This document shows positions 54,966 through 64,000 of a DNA stretch of 64,000 nucleotides, piece after piece (within the stretch, counting starts at the first letter, position 1; the number at the start of each line of letters is the position of its first letter). The stretch spans positions 221,774,001 through 221,838,000 of the forward strand of contig OZ024742.1 in assembly GCA_964016885.1 (NCBI GenBank). The letters are read 5' to 3'. The notes beneath the pieces are model-generated. The model had not been told where the DNA came from and made no database searches. It worked only from the letters and a program-made list of their open reading frames with translations. The stretch comes from Eledone cirrhosa (lineage: Eukaryota). The position numbers and the translations under genes are program-made.

Positions 54966-56510
54966 GTTCTTCTGGTTTTATAATTTCAAAAAGTTTTACC
55001 AATAGAAAGAGAGTCGGTTTCTAACATAGATACAAGACTCTCTCATTGGAATTTACACAACATCAACTAGGTAGATTATGTATGTATGCATGTGTAGATA
55101 TGGATGTTATTGTATGTGTGGATGTGTATGTTTTGAGTTGTGTGTGTGCATGTGTATATGCTTTGTATCTGTACATGTGTATATGCAGTTATTAGATGCA
55201 ACATTTTTGGAATGTTTTACATATTTTTACTGTTCCATTAATGGATTGTACTTGTAATTTCCTAACTAGTTGTGTTCTTTCTGTTCCTATGAAGCCTAGC
55301 TTCTCAAGATTTGTATTGAGGCAGTTACTAACATACCCCTGTGCCCCAATAATCACAGGCATAAATCTGAAGGTGTAATCAGGGTGGAGTATCTGCAGAT
55401 TTCTCATCAGTTCTGCATAAATATTCTCCTTTTCACTAATCTTTGATATTATATTGGCATCTGCTGGGCAGCTAATTTCCACTACTGTGCATGTTTTCTT
55501 CTCCCTCTCCCATATCATAATATCTGGTCTGTTATGCCTGAATTTTATTGGGGGTTTTACTGGAACATTCCACCAGTACTCTTTCATATTATGTACATGG
55601 ATGTCTTCCACATTGTTGTAGCTTTTAATGTGTTTATTATCGGGGCTATCTTTTTTACGAACTGCATTGTACAGTGTTTGGGCCACTACATCATGCCTCA
55701 TAGGTAGATAGTACCGCGATGACATCTTTGGACAGCTGCTGATGACATGGGTGATATCCTCGATGTTAGTTCTGCAGAGTCTGCACTTGTTATCACATCT
55801 AGGTGTTTTGCCTGCATCCCTATCTCTTTTGTGAATCAGGTATTTCGTGCTAATCTCCTGTTCTTGGATTGCAAAAGCGTATCCTTCAAAGTGGGAGCCA
55901 ATATAGCGGTTGTTGGTCCAAGATAGACTACTTTCCTTATCTATATTACTCTCACTCTGGAGCTTCCTGGCAACATATCCATGCATGATTTTTGTTGATA
56001 GGCATGCAGTTTTTCATCCATGGATTCACTGCGATGCTGCTGAGCGACATCCCTGGGTGTGAGTTTTTGATTATCACATAGGGAATATCTCTCAAGGAGT
56101 TCCTTCCCAACTCTCATGATCTTATCTGTTTCATGCAGATAGACTTGCTCGAGAAGCGGGCTCCTACGCTTCGAGGTTCGTAGATGTTGTCGGAGAGATA
56201 TGATGCGACATTCAAATGTTGTCTGGACTGATGTTAGGCCTCTGCCTCCCTGCTTACGTTTCAAGTAAAGGCGGTCTATGTCACTGTTGATGTGGAAGCT
56301 TCCGGTGTTGTTCAGTATTTTTCGAGTTCCAACATCAACTGCTCGGATTTCGTCTATCGTCCAATTGAGTATTCCAAACGTTGGTGTTAGGACAGGCACA
56401 GCAAACACATTGTGAGCCACTGTTTTGTTTTGCGCAGAGAGTTCCGATGACCAGATCTTTCTTAATCGGGTGTAGTATTCCCTGGTTACGCGTTCTTTAT
56501 TACAGATACC
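54966..56510 (-). mobile_element. R4/Dong-clade RLE retrotransposon (family 2), 5'-truncated
   Basis: HNVFAVPVLTPTFG..RLYLKRKQGGRGL, MHG, AIQEQEIST, CRLC, RHD, HNRPD; putative 3' UTR runs into (CATA)n. Confidence 0.88.
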
Positions 56511-56514
56511 TCAT

Positions 56515-57090
56515 CTGGTCCGTAGATGTCCTCCTTCTCCTGTATTTTTCTGACAACGTTTACATCAAGTGTGCAGCTGATCTCCACAGCAGAACACGTT
56601 TTCAATGTGTGGTCCCAAACAACAATATCAGGCCGGTTGTGCTTTAATTTGGTGGCAGTTTTTATTTTCAGGTTCCACCAGTATTCCTTAGTGCCATCTG
56701 TCTCAATATATTGTATGTATGTATGTATGTATGTATGTATGTATGTATGTATGAATGTATGTATGTATGTATGTATGTATGTATGTATGTACGCACGTAT
56801 GTATATATGTATGTATGTATGTGCAAAGGCTTTGTGCAGTGCCTTTGCTCATTATAAAAGCTTCACGGCACAGGCATTGCTTTATATCTGGAGATCTCTG
56901 CACTTGTCGTCACATGGTACCATGGGCCCAGCACTATGTGTCAATAATTGTCACAAGTGCAGTGTTTGTACCAGAGTTGTCAAGTTGCGTGGCTGGACTA
57001 AAAAGTCACACTCGTTCAGCGCACCGGTAGGGGTTCTCCTACATGGATATAAAGTAGTGGCCGTACTCGAAAACGAGTTGGCAGCCACCA
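56515..57090. mobile_element. R4 family 1 fragment (-), (TATG)n, RTE-derivative 3' half (+)
   Basis: Duplicate of 57518-58157 with the same truncation points. Confidence 0.8.
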
Positions 57091-57218
57091 TGTATGTATG
57101 TATGTACGTACGCACGTATGTATGTATATATGTATGTATGTATGTATGTATCTATACATATATGTATGTATGTTTGTATGTATGTACGTACATACGTATG
57201 TATGTATGTATGTATGTA

Positions 57219-57707
57219 TATTATCTTTCTCTTAATTTCGAGTATATTTATTTGACCGCCTCCTTCCTGGTGGCAAGGTTGTAAAAGAAAAGAAATTGTC
57301 ATCCCTTGAATCGCAAGAATGTTTTGCAAATTTTGAACGTGCCAGCTTTCGCAGCCATTTGTAGACTATGAATTAGGGAGCTGCGCTCTTTGTCCGCAAA
57401 TCCAAGTTCAGTTATACATTGGTCCAAGCGGGTTGGTATGTAACCCGTACCTCCAATAATGATGGGTATGAAGCTGAAGGTGTATCTTGGATACTGGATT
57501 TGTAAATTCCTCGTCACTGGTCCGTAGATGTCCTCCTCCTTCTGTATTTTTCTGACAACGTTTACATCAAGTGCGCAGCTGATCTCCACAACAGAACACG
57601 TTTTCAATGTGTGGTCCCAAACAACAATATCAGGCCGGTTGTGCTTTAATTTGGTGGTAGTTTTTATTTTCAGGTTCCACCAGTATTCCTTAGTGCCATC
57701 TGTCTCA

Positions 57708-57738
<31 letters not shown>

Positions 57739-57784
57739 TGTATGTATGTATGTATGTATGTATGTATGTATGTATGTATGTATG

Positions 57785-57818
<34 letters not shown>

Positions 57819-58157
57819 TGTATGTACGTATGTATGTATGTATGTATGTATGTACGTACGCACGTATGTATATATGTATGTATGTATGTGCAAAGGCTTT
57901 GTGCAGTGCCTTTGCTCACTATAAAAGCTTCACGGCACAGGCATTGCTTTATATCTGGAGATCTCTCTGCACTTGTCGTCACATGGTACCATTGGCCCAG
58001 CATTATGTGTCAATAATTGTCACAAGTGCAGTGTTTGTACCAGAGTTTTCAAGTCGCTGGCTGGACTAAAAGGTCACACTTGTTCAGCGCATCGGTAGGG
58101 GTTCTCCTACATGGATATAAAGTAGTGGCCGTACTCGAAAACGAGTTGGCAGCCACC
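57219..58157. mobile_element. R4 family 1 3' end (-, 57219-57710), (TATG)n, RTE-derivative 3' half (+, 57895-58157)
   Basis: Homologous to 44463-44960 and 52958-53222. Confidence 0.85.
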
Positions 58158-58941
58158 TTGTATGTATGTATGTATGTATGTATGTATGTATGTATGTATG
58201 TATGTATGTATGTATGTATGTATGTATGTATCTATGTATGTACGTACGCACGTATGTATGTATGTATGTATGTATGTATGTATGTATGTATGTATGTATG
58301 TATGTATGTATGTACGTACGCACGTATGTATGTATGTATGTATGTATGTATGTATGTATGTATGTATGTATGTATCTATACATATATGTATGTATGTTTG
58401 TATGTATGTACGTACGTACGTATATATGTATGTATGCATGCATGCATGTATGTATGTATATATGTGTCTATGTGTGTATGTACGTACGTATGTATGTATG
58501 CATGTATACATGTATGCATGCATGCATGTATGTATGCATGTACGTACGTATGTATGTATGTATGTGTGCATGTATACATGTATGTATGATCTACGTACAT
58601 ATGTATGTGTGTATGTACGTATGTATGTATGCATGTATGTATGTAGGTACGTAAGCACGCACGCATGTATGTACGTACGTATGTATGTGTGCATGCATGT
58701 ATGTATCTACGTACGTATGTATGTGTGTATGTATGTATGTATGTATGTATGTATGTATGTATGTATGTATGTATGTATGTATGTGTGTATGTATGTATGC
58801 ATGTATGTGTGATTGTATGTATGCATGTATGTATGTACGTACGTACGCACGCACGCATGTATGTACGTACGTATGCATGTATGTACGTACGTATGCATGT
58901 ATGTATGTATGTATGTATGTATGTATGTATGTATGTATGCA
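58158..58941. repeat. ~780-bp compound (TATG)n array with TACG/CATG variants
   Basis: Direct inspection. Confidence 0.95.
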
Positions 58942-59995
58942 TGTCTCATGGTCGGGTCGTTGGCGACTAAACTGGCAACCCCACCAAGGTTTCTTGGTGA
59001 GGAGGGTGACTTTGGACATCCTGCAGGACTAAAAACAAAACCTGTCAAAGGGCAAAGGAGCTCTTAAGAGTCAATGGCCATCCAAAATCACTGGGAGAGA
59101 TGACCCCTTAGCCTTTGTCAAGGCAGAATTCTAGGAGAAGGAAAACTCTGATATAACACCTGCAACCCTGATGGTATCCAATGATGTTGACTTGTTCTTC
59201 TTTTTGGTAAATATCATCTTGGTTAAGAGAGTGGGACTGGCTTTGTGCAGTGCCTTTGCTCACTATAAAAGCTTCACGGCACAGGCATTGCTTTATATCT
59301 GGAGATCTCTCTGCACTTGTCGTCACATGGTACCATGGGCCCAGCACTATGTGTCAATGATTGTCACAAGTGTAGTGTTTGTACCAGAGTTTTCAAGTCG
59401 CTGGCTGGACTAAAAAGTCACACTCGTTCAGCGCATCGGTAGGGGTTCTCCTACATGGATATAAAGTAGTGGCCGTACTCGAAGACGAGTTGGCAGCCAC
59501 CATGTATATATATATATGTATGTATATATGTATGTATATATATATGTATGTATGTATGTATGTATATGTATGTATATGTATCACCGGGAGAGATGACCCC
59601 TTAGCCTTTGTCAAGGCAGAATTCTAGGAGAAGGAAAGCTCTGATATAGCACCTGCAACCCTGATGGTATCCAATGATGTTGACTTGTTCTTCTTTTTGG
59701 TAAATATCATCTTGGTTAAGAGAGTGGGACTGGCTTTGTGCAGTGCCTTTGCTCACTATAAAAGCTTTACGGCACAGGCATTGCTTTATATCTGGAGATC
59801 TCTCTGCACTTGTCGTCACATGGTACCATGGGCCCAGCACTATGTGTCAATCATTGTCACAGGTGTAGTGTTTGTACTAGAGTTTTCAAGTCGCTGGCTG
59901 GACTGAAAAGTCACACTCGTTCAGCGCATCGGTAGGGGTTCTCCTACATGGATATAAAGTAGTGGCCGTACTCGAAAACGAGTTGGCAGCCACCA
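58942..59995 (+). mobile_element. Two further head-to-tail RTE-derivative copies (58942-59502, 59581-59995)
   Basis: Different 5' truncation points, same 3' end; each is preceded and followed by TATG-type repeats. Confidence 0.88.
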
Positions 59996-61257
59996 GGTAT
60001 GCATGTATGTGTGTATGTATGTATGTATGTATGTATGTATGAATGTATGTATGTATTCGACCTTCACGAGGAAAGTTTCAAATCCTATTCTTTTCCTCTC
60101 CCAGCTGAATTATTCAAAAATAGACATTTATAAAGATCATACGAATTTGAAGGTCATATCTACGCCTATTACTAATCGTAGAATGACGACCAACTATTTC
60201 TGACTTCAGCATCAAAAATGCTAAATAAATACTGCTGTGTAAATTGAAGTAGTATAATGTGTGTTTTGGACCTCCATCGATTTCGGCGACGAGTGTTCCA
60301 ATTGTTGGAACAACGAAATAGCTTGCTTATGAACTGAAAATGCAACTGGCTGAGCATTCTACAGACATGTGTATCTTTAATGTATGTAACTCTCAGGGAG
60401 ATTCAGTGTGGTAAGTTGTGTGACAAGACTAGCCCTTTGAATTACAGGTACAGTCCATCTGACCAGCTTCCAAACTGATCCAATTTCTCTCATAAGACAT
60501 GAGTCAACCCGAATCTATGGCAAATGACACTTTCTAAGATGTCGTGCTGTGGGAACGAACTAGGAACCTAATAATTGCGAAACGAGCTTCTAAGCCATTC
60601 AGCCATGTTGCATCTACACCGTTTCGTAAAGTGCTGTGGTATGCTGTGTGTGTGTATGCGTGTGTGTGCCTGCGTGTATGTGTGTATATATGTGTGTGTA
60701 TATATGAGTGTATGTATGTGTGTGTGTGTGTGCATGTGTGTGTGTGTATATATGAGTGTGTGTATGTGTGTGTGTGTGCATGTGTGTATGTGTGTGTGTG
60801 CGTGCGTGCGTGTGTGTGCCTGCGTGTATGTGTGTATATATGTGTGTATATATGAGTGTGTGTATGTGTGTGTACATGTGTTTATGTGCGTGTATATATG
60901 AGTGTGTGTATGTGTGTGTGTGTGTGTGCATGAGTGTATATGTGTGAGTGTGTGTGTGTGTGTGCGGGTTTGTGTGTATGTGTTGGTGTTGGACCTTCGT
61001 TGGTTCCGACGACGAGTGTTTCAATTGTTCGAACAACGGTACGGTCTGATCATAAAATGAACTTAGTTCTCAGGGAGATTCAGTGTGGTACAATGTGTGA
61101 AAAGGTTGGCCTTTTGAATTACATGTACAACTCATTTTCTCCAGCTGAGTGGTACTGGATCAATGTAAAATAAAGTGTCTTGCTCAAGGTTTATATCACA
61201 AACAGGCTATTTCATTGGTCCAACTAGAAGACTCATCATCTTTCTGACGGAGGTCCA

Positions 61258-61318
<61 letters not shown>

Positions 61319-61502
61319 GTATGTATATGCATGTCTGTGTATGTATGTTGTTCGCGCGCATGTTTGAAAAATGTACTAAATCTAAATTCATAATTAGTGC
61401 GAAAATTAATTATTTTAAAAGTCTTATTAAATTCTTCATAAATGAATAATTTTTTCTTCTCTTCTCCGTTTTACAGGGTCTTATACGTTGACAGGATTGA
61501 CT

Positions 61503-61515
61503 ATGGGTGTGGCTG
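61503..61515 (+). CDS. Probable start-codon exon of PhyH-like dioxygenase (exon 61477-61515; MGVA)
   Basis: Strong acceptor ttcttctcttctccgttttacag|, donor G|gtaaga; phase 1 fits the next exon. The frame is also open upstream of the ATG. Confidence 0.65.
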
Positions 61516-61973
61516 GTAAGATATATTAATTACACACACCCTTTCACACACACTTACACATTCACACACTCATACATTCCCTCACACACACACTTGCACA
61601 TACACACTTACACACTCTCGCTCTCATATACACACATAATCACACACACACACACACTCTCTCTCTCTCTTATATTCACACATACTTACACACACACTCT
61701 CATATACACACATAATCACATACACACACACACACACACTCTCTTATATACACACATAATCACACACATAATCACACACACTCTTTCTCTCTCATATACA
61801 CATATAATCACATACACACACTCTCATATACACATATAATCACATACACACACACACACATACTCTCTCATATACATACATAATGACACACACACTCTCT
61901 CTCTCATATACACACATAATCACATACACACACAAACACACACGCTCTCTCTCTCTCATATACACACATATAA

Positions 61974-62055
<82 letters not shown>

Positions 62056-62159
62056 ATACATACAATGTGTTACTAGATTAGGCTACAAATAACAAATTTC
62101 AGGATTTTACTCTGTGGTAAAGTCTTCATGGCTGGTTTTTTTTTTTTTTTTACTGTTTA

Positions 62160-62735
62160 TCATCATCATCATTCTCATCGTCATAATCATCACCACCACT
62201 ACCACCACCATCATCATCACCACCACTACCACCACCATAATCATCACCACCACTACCACCACCATCATCATCACCACCACTACCACCACCATAATCATCA
62301 CCACCACTACCACCACCATCATCATCACCACCACTACCACCACCATAATCATCACCACCACTACCACCACCATCATCATCACCACCACTACCACCATCAT
62401 CATCATCACCAACATCAACAACATATCATCACCATCACCATCACCATTATCATTCTTTCCCTCGTCACTATCATCGTTGCCACCACCATCACCACCATCA
62501 CCGCCACCATCACCGCCACCACCACCACCACCAACACCGCCTCCGCCACCACCGCCACCACCGACGCCACTACCACCATCACCGCCACCGCCACCACCAC
62601 CATCACCGCCACCATCACCACCACCATCACCGCCACCACCGCCTCCGCCACCACCGCCACCACCAGCGCCACCACCACCACCATAACCGCCACCACCATC
62701 GCCGCCACCACCACCACCACCACCACCACCACCAC
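62160..62735. repeat. (CAT/CAC/CGC)n trinucleotide array with ~30-bp higher-order period
   Basis: Repeated unit atcatcaccaccactaccaccacc grading into (CCA/CCG)n. Confidence 0.9.
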
Positions 62736-63908
62736 TGGAAATAGGGTTGGAGGCGCTGAGGGTATTATGTGGCCGTGAGTGGGGTGGGGACGGTGGCCCC
62801 AAAAGTTTGAGAACCTCTGCTCTATATTAACACATTCACCATTCTGTCCCCGATAACCACCAGAGACCATCATGTCTAACAATTTGTAGTTATTTTGTGA
62901 GTTTTAGCTGTTTGTTGAAGGAATGTCTATATTGTTTGTTTCTTAAGAAAGTCCCAAACAAGGAATGAAGCCATTTAGTCTAAGTGATTATGAAGAAGGT
63001 AAAATTAAGACGAAAGGAATGAATTTACTTTAGACTTGAAAGACTTCATTCAGGTCACAAGAAGGAGGAAAACGATGGGAGTTCCAAAATCTGGCAGTTC
63101 AAGGGAAAAAGCTACTTCCTTATTCGTGAAACCACAACAGCATCTGGATAAATTGAATCAGCATAAATATAGGACAGGTTCATCATCGAAGCCCATCAGT
63201 AGAAACAACTCGCGTTCTGGATAGCCGAACCATGTTCCTATTTCCTGCGATCAGGATGAAGATGGCCATCTGCAAAAACGAGTACCACGAGATGGACTGT
63301 CTGTTTCAACAGCTCTCCATCATCAACCCCCAGATTAACACAGTTACCATTCTGTCCACCATAACCACCAGAAACTGTGAAGTCTAACATTTGTAGTGGT
63401 TTTGAGAGTTTTAGCTGGTTCTTGAAAGAATGTTTATATTTATAAACTGTATTAGCATAAATATAAGATTCATTGTTGAAGCCGTAGCAGTGGAAACATC
63501 TGACCTCATGGGTCCTCAATCTAGCCCCTACTTACTGTGGTAAGAATGAAGATGGCCAACTGCAAGAACGAGATCCATGAGGTTGACTGTCTGTACTGTC
63601 TGTTTCAGCATGTCTCTCTTGCCACCACCGGGGGTAACACATTCGATTTTCTGTCTGCCAGCGCTATGAAACAACACCAATACATCAGATACAGATTTAT
63701 AGAGAAACACAGATATTTTAGTACATCTCACTCACCGTCCTCCGAGGTAACACATTCGCAACAACAATAAGATTTTACTATCCGATAGTGAAGTTGTTAT
63801 GGGTGGTGAAAGAGGATAGTTGTTGTTGGAAGTTTATTCATGTGTGCAATAGATTTTGGGGGAAGATTTTATAAATTTAATGATTGCTTTGTTTATATTT
63901 TCATAAAG

Positions 63909-63990
63909 ACTACACATTTAAAGGAGGCGATTTTGAGCTGACTGATTCTATGAAAAAGGATTTCAATGAACACGGCTATTTCATTGTGAG
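63909..63990 (+). CDS. Coding exon of phytanoyl-CoA dioxygenase (PhyH)-family protein (DYTFKGGDFELTDSMKKDFNEHGYFIVR)
   Basis: Acceptor ttttcataaag|, donor AG|gtaagt; LT..MK..F.E.GY.IVR resembles the PhyH-family N-terminal motif. Confidence 0.75.
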
Positions 63991-64000
63991 GTAAGTAATT

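Noticed and set aside
52414-59067. Many ORFs of MYVCMYVC / HTYIHTYI type, and YIYI, CVCV, poly-H/P/G ORFs elsewhere
   Set aside because: Translations of microsatellites; no splice or domain evidence.
52615-59995. Repeat-spacer-like alternation suggesting CRISPR
   Set aside because: Units are retroposon copies separated by microsatellites; there are no unique spacers, no cas genes, and the context is eukaryotic.

Overview
Repeat-saturated animal genomic DNA, most consistent with an octopus or other coleoid cephalopod (inferred from SINE types, RTE/Penelope content and microsatellite load). No prokaryotic features and no CRISPR. Two host genes are visible only as short spliced exons on the + strand. 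One is the last three coding exons of an unidentified gene (1525-1645, 3613-3725, 12411-12500; phases join and end in a stop). The other is the first two coding exons of a PhyH-like 2-oxoglutarate dioxygenase (61503-61515, 63909-63990). Most of the rest is transposon-derived: a mariner relic, one intact RTE LINE ORF with a PHD-like finger inside the RT, several Penelope-like element (PLE) families with pseudo-LTRs, inverted arms and about 13 hammerhead-ribozyme-like motifs, R4/Dong-clade RLE elements, SINEs and hAT/piggyBac MITEs. The strongest pattern is partitioning by microsatellite. PLEs pile up at (TA)n. A ~610-bp non-autonomous RTE derivative with a structured 5' domain forms head-to-tail trains in (TATG)n arrays that match its own tail, and R4-clade elements occupy the same arrays on the opposite strand. 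All calls were made by eye; TE boundaries are approximate.
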